Shown: positions 9,745 through 19,275 of the stretch, piece by piece
How positions within the stretch are numbered: position 1 is the first letter of the stretch
Layout: every line of letters begins with the position of its first letter
Assembly (NCBI GenBank): GCA_046075565.1
Contig: JBJTQJ010000030.1
Location: forward strand, 1-64,000
Reading direction: 5' to 3'
Length of the DNA stretch: 64,000 bases
Source of the DNA: Verrucomicrobiales bacterium
GTDB lineage: Bacteria > Verrucomicrobiota > Verrucomicrobiia > Verrucomicrobiales > SLCJ01
Program-made: the position numbers and the translations under genes
The notes under the pieces: model-generated
The model's database searches: none
Seen by the model: only the letters and a program-made list of their open reading frames with translations
What the model was told of the DNA's origin: nothing

Positions 9745-10611
9745 ATGAAAAGTATGACCGGATACGGCCGGGGCACGGCGGAAAATGACGGGCTCAGGGT
9801 GCATGTGGAGATCTCCTCGCTGAATCGGAAGCAGCTTGATGTCGCTCTGACCCTGCCCCGGGAGTGGTTGGCCATGGAAAACCGGGTGCGGAAGATTCTG
9901 GCCGAGGTTGCTACCAGGGGCCGGGTGCAGGTGCGGGTGACCGCCGAGCGGGTTTCCGGTAGCGACCGGAAGGTGGTGGCCGATCTTGCTCTGCTGGCCG
10001 ACTACAAGGAGAAGCTGCGTGATCTTCTTGGCGAGGAGCCGGTCCTGACGGTGCCGGATTTGTTGCGTTTGCCGGGGGTATTGGATTTCCGGGAGTCGGA
10101 AGTCGATCCTGAAGGAATCCAAAACCTTCTCGAAGGGGCCTTGGCGCAATCCATGGAGGCATGGGATATGATGCGGCTTGTCGAGGGCCGCCACCTGCGA
10201 TCGGACATTGAAACCCGGCTTGATTCGGTGGAATCGGCCGTCACGGCGATGGACGATCGGGCACCCGATGTGGTGGCGGCGCAGCGCGAACAATTGCGGG
10301 CTCGCCTTGAACAGTCGGGCATCGAACTGGACCTTGATGACGAGCGAATCACACGCGAACTGGCCCTTTTCGCCGACCGTTGTGATACCAGCGAGGAACG
10401 GGTTCGCCTGCGCAGCCACCTCGCGCAGTTCCGGCTGTTGTTGGAGGCCGTGGAGCCCCCGGGGAGGACCATGGATTTCCTCGTCCAGGAGATGAACCGG
10501 GAGGTGAATACCATCGGCTCGAAGGCGGCGGATACCCTCATGGCCCGCCAGGTGGTGGCCGCCAAGACGGAACTCGAGAAAATCCGCGAACAGGCCCAGA
10601 ATATCGAATAG
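9745..10611 (+). CDS. yicC: YicC/YloC family endoribonuclease
   Basis: MKSMTGYG start, SLNRK, EERVRLRSHL, GRTMDFLVQEMNREVNTIGSK and terminal EKIREQAQNIE. Confidence 0.95.
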   Translation: MKSMTGYGRGTAENDGLRVHVEISSLNRKQLDVALTLPREWLAMENRVRKILAEVATRGRVQVRVTAERVSGSDRKVVADLALLADYKEKLRDLLGEEPVLTVPDLLRLPGVLDFRESEVDPEGIQNLLEGALAQSMEAWDMMRLVEGRHLRSDIETRLDSVESAVTAMDDRAPDVVAAQREQLRARLEQSGIELDLDDERITRELALFADRCDTSEERVRLRSHLAQFRLLLEAVEPPGRTMDFLVQEMNREVNTIGSKAADTLMARQVVAAKTELEKIREQAQNIE

Positions 10612-10663
10612 GGGGAGGGAATTGGCGGTTGCGCGGACGTTGCAAAGCCGGACATTCCACCGT

Positions 10664-11563
10664 ATGAAAACCCGGGTCATCATCGTCGGAAGCCGCGGCC
10701 GCATTGGCGGGTCGGTGGTCGGCCGTTTGTCCCGGAATCCCGGCTTCGAGGTGACGGCGCTTGATCGGGCGGCTTTGCCCTTGAATGAGCCGGAACCGAT
10801 CCGCGCCCGCTTGCGGGAAATGTCCTTTGACGTGCTGGTCAACTGCGCGGCCATCACCGGTGTCGATGCCTGCGAAGCCGACCCCGCAGCGGCCTGGGCC
10901 GTGAACACTCTGGCCCCGGCGGCCATGGCCGAAGTCTGCCGGGAAAAGGGTGCGCGGATGATCCACCTGAGCACCGATTATGTCTTTGACGGCGAAGTCG
11001 AGGGATTACGCAGCGAAGAAGAACAGCCCAACCCACTCGGCGAATACAGCAAGGGCAAGCTGGAGGGGGAAAAGCTCGTCCTGCAGGGCTCGCCCGACAA
11101 CCTCGTCATCCGGACTTCATGGGTCTTCGGTCCGCGGCGGCCGAGTTTTCCGGACATGATCCTCGAGAGAGCCCGGGCGGGAGGTGGCGTGTCGGCCATC
11201 TGCGACAAATGGTCGTCGCCCTGTTACAGCGAGGATTTCGCGATTTGGCTCGAAAAGATCCTGGCCCGTCCGGATATCCATGGGACGCTCCATCTTTGCA
11301 ACGAAGGGGCCTGTTCATGGCAGGAATATGGCCAGGCAACTCTTGACATTTTCACCCGTCTGACGGGCGAAAAACTTCCGGTAACCACCGTGCAAGCCAT
11401 GGCTCTCTCCGAGATGAAGCATTTCACGGCCCGCCGGCCCATCCACTCCGCCCTGAGCTGCGAGAGGTTCGCCCGCTTGACGGGGGAACATCCGCGTCCG
11501 TGGAAGGAAGCGCTGGAAGCTTATTTGTCAGAGAAATTCCCAACCGCCACCCGCACACCATGA
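10664..11563 (+). CDS. rfbD: dTDP-4-dehydrorhamnose reductase
   Basis: GSRGRIG Rossmann motif, NCAAITGVDACE, STDYVFDG, YSKGK (YxxxK) and RTSWVFG. Confidence 0.92.
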   Translation: MKTRVIIVGSRGRIGGSVVGRLSRNPGFEVTALDRAALPLNEPEPIRARLREMSFDVLVNCAAITGVDACEADPAAAWAVNTLAPAAMAEVCREKGARMIHLSTDYVFDGEVEGLRSEEEQPNPLGEYSKGKLEGEKLVLQGSPDNLVIRTSWVFGPRRPSFPDMILERARAGGGVSAICDKWSSPCYSEDFAIWLEKILARPDIHGTLHLCNEGACSWQEYGQATLDIFTRLTGEKLPVTTVQAMALSEMKHFTARRPIHSALSCERFARLTGEHPRPWKEALEAYLSEKFPTATRTP

Positions 11564-12012
11564 TGAAGCCATTAATTCCGCTTTTCCTCGCCGGATTGCT
11601 CTTCACCTCTTGCCAACAGACCGACAACAACCCGACCGGACCTTCCCTTCCAGGAATCCCGGGCACGGCGGGTCCGGTGACCGCATATCCAGATGTGGAA
11701 CTTTTCGGAGAGAACCCATTGGCGGCTTTCCAGCGCACGGGTAACCAACCACTGCCGGTGGCCATTTATGCGGTGAATACTCCCGTGCAGATCAATGCCC
11801 GCTCCGGAGCATTTTATCAGGTCACTATGCCCGACGGTCGCAGCGGCTGGCTGGCCGCCCGTGGTGTCTCGGGGGTATATCAAAATGTTCCGGACTGGAG
11901 TTCCGGCCCGGGCTCGACCCCGCAAGAGCCGGTTGCGCGCGATCCGGGCATGAATATCCCACCTGCTCCGCGCACGGATCCGGAAACCCTTGATCTTGAT
12001 CGTATCCCGTGA
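11560..12012 (+). CDS. Lipoprotein with SH3b-like domain
   Basis: Lipobox LLFTSC. The segment TPVQINARSGAFYQVTMPDGRSGWL resembles bacterial SH3. ATGA overlap with rfbD. Confidence 0.65.
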   Translation: MMKPLIPLFLAGLLFTSCQQTDNNPTGPSLPGIPGTAGPVTAYPDVELFGENPLAAFQRTGNQPLPVAIYAVNTPVQINARSGAFYQVTMPDGRSGWLAARGVSGVYQNVPDWSSGPGSTPQEPVARDPGMNIPPAPRTDPETLDLDRIP

Positions 12013-12827
12013 ACCCCGGACGATGGATTTTCCTTGCTCTCACTGCGGCCACATTAGTCCGCGGTGAAGAGCCAGCGACCGCTCCCGTGATCAAAGTGGC
12101 GGGGCTAGCGGTGGTTTGGGAAAACATCGATGCCGATGAGGCCGACCCTTACAAGCCATTCGGACTCGAAGCAGGCACACGTCTGAGCCTCATTTTCCAA
12201 CTTCCGGCAAAGCGGATAGTCTCGTTCGACCACGGGGAGAGTTCGGTCGAGTCCATGGTGGATGACAAAGGAACAAATCTGCTCGCGCTCTCGCACCGGT
12301 TGCAGGTGCCGGGTTATCTCGGCCATGCTTGCGGGATCGTGAAAGAAGGTCAATGCGCGCATGTGGAGGTCTTTGGTGGCACGGCGCCCACGACCGGGGC
12401 CACAATGGTCCAGACCCGGGGCAAAGCGGTCTTTTTCACGGGCTCGCGGAGCGAAAAGATCGCCACCACGCCGGTGAAGGGAGAGAATGGAGCGGAGATT
12501 CGGGCAGGGGAGGTTTGCAAATTAAGCTTGGCCCGATGGGAACCGGGCGGCATCGGCGGCAAAGGTGCCAATGTGACGCTGCGCCTCGAATTCCATCCCG
12601 CCCTCATCGCCGGGGTGAATTTTATCGACGCGGAAGGGAAACAAATCGAAAGCCGCCCCGCGGGTATGGCCGTGGAGGGGGAGGGAGACAAACGGGTGTT
12701 TTTGCTCCACTACCACCTCGCTTCCATGCCGGAGAATCTCGCCATGGAAATCGAGTATTGGTCCGACCTCGAACGCGTCAAGGTGCCCTTCGAAGTGAAG
12801 GCCGGATTGGGCGGCGGCGATCCCTGA
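12009..12827 (+). CDS. Secreted hypothetical protein
   Basis: GTG start overlapping the upstream stop, hydrophobic signal peptide, beta-rich body. No family recognised. Confidence 0.6.
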   Translation: MNPGRWIFLALTAATLVRGEEPATAPVIKVAGLAVVWENIDADEADPYKPFGLEAGTRLSLIFQLPAKRIVSFDHGESSVESMVDDKGTNLLALSHRLQVPGYLGHACGIVKEGQCAHVEVFGGTAPTTGATMVQTRGKAVFFTGSRSEKIATTPVKGENGAEIRAGEVCKLSLARWEPGGIGGKGANVTLRLEFHPALIAGVNFIDAEGKQIESRPAGMAVEGEGDKRVFLLHYHLASMPENLAMEIEYWSDLERVKVPFEVKAGLGGGDP

Positions 12828-12842
12828 GCGGATAGTGCCTGC

Positions 12843-13715
12843 TCAGGTATTCTGGTTCGACCACGCGCGCAGGTATCCCACGCATTGGGCCACTTCCGGG
12901 AGGGATTTATCCCAGTTGATCTCGTATTCAATCGAGACGTTCCCGGAGAAACCTTTGGCCTTGGTCGCGGCCAGCATGGCCGGGATATCGATGATGCCGG
13001 TGCCGAACGGACGATCATTGCTGTGCTCCTTGATGCTGCCGCGATCCTTGAGGTGGTAGGCGACGACGCGGTCGGCGACCTTATTCACGACCGCCGCCGG
13101 GTCGAGCCCGGAAGTGGCCCAGTGGCCGGTGTCGGCGCAGATCCCGATGTGCGGGTCGCGGTCTTTGATTTGTTCGTAAAGCCAGTTCGGATCCCAAATC
13201 TTGTAGTTCGGATCCTTGGGCCGCTGCGGGTGATTATGGAACCCGACCTTGATCCCGTATTCCTTGGCCAGCTTTTCCAGCGTGTCGATCGACCCGATGG
13301 CTTCGGTGGTCAGGCCGTAGAGCCCGAGTTTGCGCGCCATCTCGAAGAACTTGCGGGCGCCGGCTTCGTCTTTCGGGATATCGGTAACACCGAAATTGGC
13401 GGGGGCGATATTTTTGGATGCCGCATGATCGAGAATCGCCTTGAGGGCATCGTCGGGAAGATCCGGCCCCATTTTTACATCGCCGACCGGACCACCCACT
13501 TTTTGCCCAGGAAAAATCTCCACCACTCCGGCACCGGCCGCGGCCGACATCTCGATGGCCTCGAAGAGGCTGAAATTGCGGAACGACCAGCATTGCACGG
13601 AAATGGCGAAGCCCGCTTTCGTTAGGGCGGTGGGAGCGATGGGAGAGGCAATCCCCCGGGCGAGACCGAGGCCGGCGGCGGCGGGCAATAAGGAAAGAAG
13701 ATGACGGCGGTTCAT
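12843..13715 (-). CDS. Tat-exported sugar phosphate isomerase/epimerase (AP endonuclease 2 TIM barrel)
   Basis: Twin-arginine signal MNRRHLL, QCWSFR, and metal ligands FHNH, DTGH, HLKD and IEYE. Confidence 0.85.
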   Translation of the reverse strand: MNRRHLLSLLPAAAGLGLARGIASPIAPTALTKAGFAISVQCWSFRNFSLFEAIEMSAAAGAGVVEIFPGQKVGGPVGDVKMGPDLPDDALKAILDHAASKNIAPANFGVTDIPKDEAGARKFFEMARKLGLYGLTTEAIGSIDTLEKLAKEYGIKVGFHNHPQRPKDPNYKIWDPNWLYEQIKDRDPHIGICADTGHWATSGLDPAAVVNKVADRVVAYHLKDRGSIKEHSNDRPFGTGIIDIPAMLAATKAKGFSGNVSIEYEINWDKSLPEVAQCVGYLRAWSNQNT

Positions 13716-13762
13716 GATGCCGCAAACAACGTGACAGGCTTTGTCGTTCTTTCTACGGCGGC

Positions 13763-13804
13763 AAAAAAACAGTGCCCCGGACCGACTCGCGATCCGGGGC
13801 ACTG
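13763..13804 (-). terminator. Rho-independent terminator of hup
   Basis: 12-bp stem CAGTGCCCCGGA/TCCGGGGCACTG (13770-13781 and 13793-13804) followed by T7 on the - strand. Confidence 0.85.
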
Positions 13805-13830
13805 GGAATTACGTCAATTTGGTCGAACCG

Positions 13831-14106
13831 TTACAGGCTGGCCTTGAGGGTTGAGGAGGGCGAGAAACGCACGGACTTGGACGCCGCGATTTTAATGCTC
13901 TCTCCGGTCTTCGGATTGCGGCCGGTGCGGGCGGCGCGCTTACTCACCTTGAAGGTGCCGAATCCGATGAGTTGGACGGCTTTATCCTTCTTCACGCCTT
14001 TGGCGACGGAATCAAGGACAGCGTCAACGGCATCTTGCGCGGCGCGCTTCGAGGTTTCTCCTCCGAGGGCTTTCTGGACGGCTTCGACGAGTTCAGCTTT
14101 ATTCAT
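13831..14106 (-). CDS. hup: DNA-binding protein HU
   Basis: MNKAELVEAV, VQLIGFGTF, RAARTGRNPKTGE; 91 aa. Confidence 0.97.
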   Translation of the reverse strand: MNKAELVEAVQKALGGETSKRAAQDAVDAVLDSVAKGVKKDKAVQLIGFGTFKVSKRAARTGRNPKTGESIKIAASKSVRFSPSSTLKASL

Positions 14107-14168
14107 AGGGTGCCACTTTAGGCGTTTTCCTCCTTTTGTGTAAAGGAAGAATCGCGTAAAGTAAGAAA

Positions 14169-14218
14169 GATTTTCCTGATTTTTCCTGATTTTTCCTGAT
14201 TTTTCCCGATTTTTCCCC
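14169..14218. repeat. 10-bp tandem repeat (TTTTCCYGAT) x5 in the divergent hup / gamma-CA intergenic region
   Basis: Units start at 14171, 14181, 14191 (ttttcctgat), 14201 (ttttcccgat) and 14211 (ttttcccc, partial). Confidence 0.9.
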
Positions 14219-14223
14219 TCAAC

Positions 14224-14754
14224 ATGAGCTTGACAGCCTATCAAGGACGCCTTCCGAGGGTCCATCCCACCGCATTTATCGCCCCTTCCGCCGACGTGAT
14301 CGGCGACGTGGAGGTCGGGGAAAATGCCAGCATTTGGTTCGGCGCCGTGCTCCGCGGCGACATCAACCGCATCGTAATCGGTGCCAATTCCAATGTTCAG
14401 GATAACGCCGTCGTGCACCTCGCCGACGAATATCCCGCTATCATCGGGAATTTTGTTACCATCGGACATTCGGCGGTCATCCATGCTTGTGTCATCGAAG
14501 ACGAGTGCCTCATCGGCATGGGGGCCATCATTCTTGATGGGGCCGTCATCGGGGCGAGGTCGATCGTCGGAGCGGGAGCCCTCGTCACGCCAGGCACCAT
14601 CATCCCGCCGGGTTCAATGGTGCTTGGTTCGCCCGCGAAAGTCACCCGCGCGCTCGATGAGGAACGCCAACTCGGTCTGAAATATTGGGCTGAAAAATAT
14701 GTGCGGGTTTCCCGCGATTACCTTCCCTCTGCCAATCCGCCCGCCCAGGGCTGA
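14224..14754 (+). CDS. Gamma carbonic anhydrase family (YrdA/PaaY-like) hexapeptide-repeat protein
   Basis: SIWFGAVLRGDIN, NVQDNAVVH, TIGHSAVIH (three His ligands) and GSPAK. Confidence 0.92.
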   Translation: MSLTAYQGRLPRVHPTAFIAPSADVIGDVEVGENASIWFGAVLRGDINRIVIGANSNVQDNAVVHLADEYPAIIGNFVTIGHSAVIHACVIEDECLIGMGAIILDGAVIGARSIVGAGALVTPGTIIPPGSMVLGSPAKVTRALDEERQLGLKYWAEKYVRVSRDYLPSANPPAQG

Positions 14755-14769
14755 CCATCTTTTTTCCGT

Positions 14770-15246
14770 ATGCCATCCTCCGACGTCCTCCCTATCGTCA
14801 TCCGCGCGGTGATTCCCACCAACGGCGGCACGGCCCTTTTTCTCGGCAACGAGGAAAAAGTCTTCCTCGTTTTCATCGACAACTCCGTCGGGGCGGCCAT
14901 CGCCATGCATCTGGGCAACGTGCCGCCCCCGCGGCCGCAGACGCACGATCTCATGGCCGGCGTGCTCACCGGCCTCGGCGCAAAACTTGAGCGCGCCATC
15001 ATCAATGCCGTCGAAGGCGAGACCTTTTATGCCCGCATGATTTTCTCCATGGAAAACGAGGTGAGCGAACACAAGGTCGTGGAGGTGGACGCGCGCCCGA
15101 GCGATAGCATCGCCCTCGCCCTGCGGATGGAGGCACCTCTTTATGTTAGCCGTGAAGTCTGGGATTCCGTGTCCGACCGCAGTGATGAACTCCGGAAACT
15201 CGAAGCCCAGCAGAACGGCGAGGGAGAGGAGGAGAGCCGCGAGTGA
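14770..15246 (+). CDS. Bifunctional nuclease family protein (DUF151)
   Basis: PPRPQTHDL, TFYARM and DARPSDSIALA motifs. Confidence 0.9.
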   Translation: MPSSDVLPIVIRAVIPTNGGTALFLGNEEKVFLVFIDNSVGAAIAMHLGNVPPPRPQTHDLMAGVLTGLGAKLERAIINAVEGETFYARMIFSMENEVSEHKVVEVDARPSDSIALALRMEAPLYVSREVWDSVSDRSDELRKLEAQQNGEGEEESRE

Positions 15247-16886
15247 CGCGTGATATCGTCCAACCAGCGCGCTGGATCACCATGGCGCTTCTTTTCCTTT
15301 TCTGGGCCGGCATCTATTTGCCCGGACTTGGAAATGAGGAACTGAAAGGCGAAGAGCCGCGCCGAGTCCTTCCGGGGTTGAGTATGATCCGGAGCGGGGA
15401 TTGGACGCATCCCGTGGTGGCCGGCGAGAGTTATCACCGCAAGCCTCCGCTTATCAACTGGCTAACCGCCGGGGGAGTGCTTGTTTTCGGTCGGATTGAC
15501 GAATTGGCCGTGCGGTTGCCGGTGACCTTGCATGTGCTCGCCTTCGCACTCGGCCTTGCCGCCGCTGTCCAACGCGTGGCCACTCCAGCCACCGGATTTC
15601 TCGCCGGTCTCTTCGTTTTGACGAACATCGGAATGATGGAGAAAGGACGGCTCGCCGAGATCGAAGGCGTTTATGTATCACTCACCGGGTTGGCTTTCGC
15701 TTCGTGGCTCGCCTTCGCCGCCCCGCGGTGGAATCTGGAGTCGCCGCGACCGCTTCCATGGCTGGGGTGGCCGCTCGCCGGATTATTCCTTGGCCTCGCC
15801 TTTCTGGCCAAAGGTCCCGTGCATCTGGTTTTCTTCTACGCCGTCGTCTGTGCTGTCTGGTGGAAGGCCCGGTGTTGGAAAGACGCGCGCCATCCCGCCC
15901 ACTTCCTTTCCTGGATCATCGCCGCCGCCGTAGCCGCGCCATGGTTCATCGCCAGTGGGAAGACAGTCCCAGACGGGGCGGGGGAGAGCACCAGAGTTTC
16001 GCGCTGGATCGAACTCACAAGCCGCCTCGATCCCAGCAATGTCGATTTCCCGAGTTGGTTCCTGCAAATCTTCCAAGGGTGGATCAACTTCCTGCCATGG
16101 ATTGTCCCGCTGGGCATCCTCGTCATTCCAGGCGTGCGAAAAAAACTCGGGCTGGAAGACATGCCCCGTTTGCTAGCGGGATTGCTCGCCGGTGCGCTCA
16201 TCGGCTATTTCCTTATCGCCCTGACACCTGCCGCGAGGCCTCGGTTTACTCTTCCGCTCATGGGCCCCGCTGCGGCTGCGCTCGCCCTCGCTCTGGATGC
16301 CATGCGTCACCCCGGCGTAATTACCATCCCTTGGCGGATGACGTTGCGCGTGCTTGTTTGGCTGGTCGGCCTATTGGCTGTCGTTCTGCCATGGATTGTC
16401 GGTGCGTCGGATCGCCCGGGAGCGGTTGTGGGCTCCACCCTCGCCGTCGGTTTCATCGTGCTGACGTGGGAACTCTCGCGCCGTGCCACCAGTGAACCGG
16501 TCACACTGTTGCTGCCCACCGGGCTCGTCATGACCGCGCTCACCACCCTCTATGTTTGTGCCATCCAGCCGAAGAAGGCGGAGTCGGAAAAGCTTCGGCC
16601 CGTCGCCTTGACCCTCAAATCCCTTCTCCAGGGGGACGAACGTGCCATCGTCTATCGCGCATTCTTGCAACCATGGGTCTTCTATGCCTGGGGACAAGTC
16701 ACCGAGGTCGCGGGACGCCGCGAGCTGCCGGAGAAGTTGACCGGTCCGATATTGCTGCCCGAAGAGCGGTGGCCAGCGGAGCAGGAAATGTTCGAGAAGA
16801 AATATGGCAAAGCCGGTCCACCGAGCGTGATTCACAATCCATGGAACGGGAAAAACCTTTTGCTCATCCGGTTTACTGAACAGTGA
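15243..16886 (+). CDS. ArnT/PMT-like GT-C membrane glycosyltransferase
   Basis: EEPRR acidic motif in the first loop, KPPLINW, LAKGP and multiple TM helices. Confidence 0.85.
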   Translation: MTRDIVQPARWITMALLFLFWAGIYLPGLGNEELKGEEPRRVLPGLSMIRSGDWTHPVVAGESYHRKPPLINWLTAGGVLVFGRIDELAVRLPVTLHVLAFALGLAAAVQRVATPATGFLAGLFVLTNIGMMEKGRLAEIEGVYVSLTGLAFASWLAFAAPRWNLESPRPLPWLGWPLAGLFLGLAFLAKGPVHLVFFYAVVCAVWWKARCWKDARHPAHFLSWIIAAAVAAPWFIASGKTVPDGAGESTRVSRWIELTSRLDPSNVDFPSWFLQIFQGWINFLPWIVPLGILVIPGVRKKLGLEDMPRLLAGLLAGALIGYFLIALTPAARPRFTLPLMGPAAAALALALDAMRHPGVITIPWRMTLRVLVWLVGLLAVVLPWIVGASDRPGAVVGSTLAVGFIVLTWELSRRATSEPVTLLLPTGLVMTALTTLYVCAIQPKKAESEKLRPVALTLKSLLQGDERAIVYRAFLQPWVFYAWGQVTEVAGRRELPEKLTGPILLPEERWPAEQEMFEKKYGKAGPPSVIHNPWNGKNLLLIRFTEQ

Positions 16887-17697
16887 TCATCCCGGCGATC
16901 CGCTGCTTCGCCATTTCCACATATTCGGGGATCGTTTCTATCCCAAGCCACCTGCGACCTAGTTCTTGCGCGGCGGCGGCACTTGTCCCGCTTCCAAGGA
17001 AAGGATCAAGCACGGTATCCCCCTCGCGCGTGCTGGCGGCTATGAGATGTTTGATGAGGGTGATTGGCTTCTGCGATGGATGGCCAATCTTTTCCTTGGA
17101 TGATCCCTTGAGCGACGGCATGCGCATGAGATTCGTGGCGTATTTGCCCTTCCGAAGATGCTGTTCCCTCGACGCTTTATCCTTGTATCGTTTGTCCTTT
17201 AGATACAATTGAATGGTTTCTTCGTCATAAGGGAGACGAACCGCGTCCTTATCGAAGTAGGGTGTGGAATCTTCAGCCTGGCGCAGCACCAAAACCATTT
17301 CGTATTGCGGCGTAAAGGAGTCATGGCGCTCGTTGTAGCCGACGGCCCGGTCCCAGACAATCATGTCGTGGAACTGCATTTCCTTCGCGAGGAGCGAGCA
17401 AGTGTGCAACCACACGTGCTCGCGCTTTCCAAGTTGCCCGAAGATGTAGAGCAGTCCGTCCTCCCTCAGCACCCGCTTGCACTCACGAACCCATTCGAGG
17501 GTCCACTGGAGATAGGCATCGGGGGATGGCCAGACGTTGTCCCATGGCTGCTCCAAGAGCACCTGGAAGTATGGAGGATCGGCAATCACCGTCTGGAAGT
17601 GATTTGCCGGGAGGGTCGGCAGAACTTCCAGCGCGTCACCATGGCGAATTTCGCCGTTGCCGACTGGTGTCGATGATCCGTTTGCTGCTTGCTCCAC
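16873..17697 (-). CDS. Orphan beta-class N6-adenine/N4-cytosine DNA methyltransferase
   Basis: Catalytic DPPY precedes HPSQKP and the SAM-binding DPFLGSGTS (beta order). No endonuclease gene is adjacent. Confidence 0.92.
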   Translation of the reverse strand: MEQAANGSSTPVGNGEIRHGDALEVLPTLPANHFQTVIADPPYFQVLLEQPWDNVWPSPDAYLQWTLEWVRECKRVLREDGLLYIFGQLGKREHVWLHTCSLLAKEMQFHDMIVWDRAVGYNERHDSFTPQYEMVLVLRQAEDSTPYFDKDAVRLPYDEETIQLYLKDKRYKDKASREQHLRKGKYATNLMRMPSLKGSSKEKIGHPSQKPITLIKHLIAASTREGDTVLDPFLGSGTSAAAAQELGRRWLGIETIPEYVEMAKQRIAGMITVQ

Positions 17698-17798
17698 GCG
17701 CAATCAATAGGCGTTCGCCTTCTCCGGGCAAGAAAAATCGGATCCCGCCGGGAAACCGACGAGCGAACCGCTTTTTTCGCCGATCCGCGCCGAGGGCG

Positions 17799-17828
17799 TT
17801 GACATCCCGTCCTGCCCGTGGTTAGTGC
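17799..17828 (+). promoter_or_regulatory. Putative sigma70-type promoter of trpB2
   Basis: Perfect TTGACA at 17799-17804, then TGGTTAGTG with a candidate -10 about 17-18 nt downstream. Confidence 0.45.
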
Positions 17829-17867
17829 CCTTGCCCCCCTCGAATCCCGAACCTATCCGCCCGAACC

Positions 17868-19222
17868 ATGTCCGGTCAAATCAAATACCTGCTGCCCGAG
17901 GAGGCACTGCCCACCCATTGGTACAATCTCGTCGCCGATCTGCCCGCGCCGCCGCCGCCCGTGCTGCATCCTGGCACCTTGCAGCCGCTTGGGTCCGCCG
18001 ATCTCGCCCCGCTTTTCCCCGACGCGCTCATTGAACAGGAAATTTCGTCGGAGCGCGAGATCCCGATTCCCGAACCCGTCCGCGATGTGCTGCGCCAATG
18101 GCGCCCCAGTCCGCTTTTCCGCGCCCGTCGTCTTGAGAAAGCCCTCGATACCCCGGCCCGGATTTATTACAAATACGAGGGCGTAAGTCCGGCCGGATCC
18201 CACAAGCCGAACACCGCCATTCCCCAGGCCTTTTATAACAAAGAGGCTGGCGTCAAACGCCTGACCACCGAAACCGGAGCCGGGCAGTGGGGCTCCTCGC
18301 TCTCCATGGCGACCCACTTCTTCGGGCTCGAATGCAAGGTCTTCATGGTGAGAGTGAGCTACAACCAGAAGCCCTACCGACGCGCCCTCATGGAGGTCTT
18401 CGGGGCAAGTGTAACCGCCAGTCCGAGCACGGAAACCGCCTGCGGACGCGCCATCTTGGAGAAGGATCCGGACTGCACCGGTTCACTGGGTATCGCCATT
18501 TCCGAGGCGGTCGAATTGGCCGTGCAACGCGATGACACGAAATACGCCCTTGGCAGCGTGCTCAACCATGTGCTCCTGCACCAGACGGTGATTGGTCTCG
18601 AATGTATGGCCCAGATGGAAATGGCCGGAGACGAGCCCGATGTGATTGTCGGATGCACCGGGGGCGGTTCGAATTTCGCGGGTATTACTTTTCCTTACAT
18701 CGGCCGTCAACTCCGCGGCGGGCGTTCCACCCGCATCATCGCCATCGAACCCGACGCCTGCCCGAGCCTTACGAAAGGGAAATACGCCTACGATTTCGGC
18801 GATACCGCCCATCTCACGCCGCTAACCAAAATGCACACTCTCGGCAGCACCTTCGTGCCACTGGGTTTCCACGCCGGAGGACTGCGTTACCATGGCATGG
18901 CCCCGTTGGTGAGCCAGGTCGCGGATCTCGGATTGGCCACGTCGACGTCGGTCAGTTGGAAATCTTCGAAGCGGGGGTCATGTTTGCGCGCGCTGAGGGG
19001 ATCGTGCCCGCACCGGAAGCCAATCATGCGGTCGCCGGTGCCATCCGCGAAGCTGTCCGGTGCAAACGCGAAGGGAAAGATGAAGTCGTTCTTTTCAACC
19101 TCTGCGGACACGGCCACTTCGACATGCAAGCCTACATCGACTACCATGCCGGCAAGCTGCGCGATTACCAGTATCCCGAGGAAGAGATTGCCATGGCTCT
19201 CTCCGGCCTGCCTGTAGTCTGA
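17868..19222 (+). pseudogene. trpB2: TrpB2 (stand-alone tryptophan synthase beta-like) with a -1 frameshift near 18950
   Basis: [11 protein letters not shown] (PLP Lys), TETGAGQWG and GLRYHGMAP lie in the frame of 17868. The conserved C-terminus [26 protein letters not shown]...NLCGHGHFD lies in the frame of ORF 18602..19222. Confidence 0.9.
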
Positions 19223-19275
19223 TCTTCGCTCGCCTTCATCTTCTCTATCTCTCCTTCATCCTTCGCAAATCCCCA

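Noticed and set aside
14169..14218. CRISPR array (also considered for the 9411-9513 repeats)
   Set aside because: The units are contiguous 10-mers or an inverted pair. There are no direct repeats with unique spacers and no cas genes.
14770..17697. Restriction-modification or defence system made of the DUF151 nuclease and the methyltransferase
   Set aside because: They are on opposite strands and separated by a glycosyltransferase. DUF151 is a common housekeeping-context family, not a known cognate endonuclease.
19223..19275. Pyrimidine-rich degenerate CCTTCATC repeats between trpB2 and tmk
   Set aside because: Two short copies in low-complexity spacer DNA, too weak to call a functional element.
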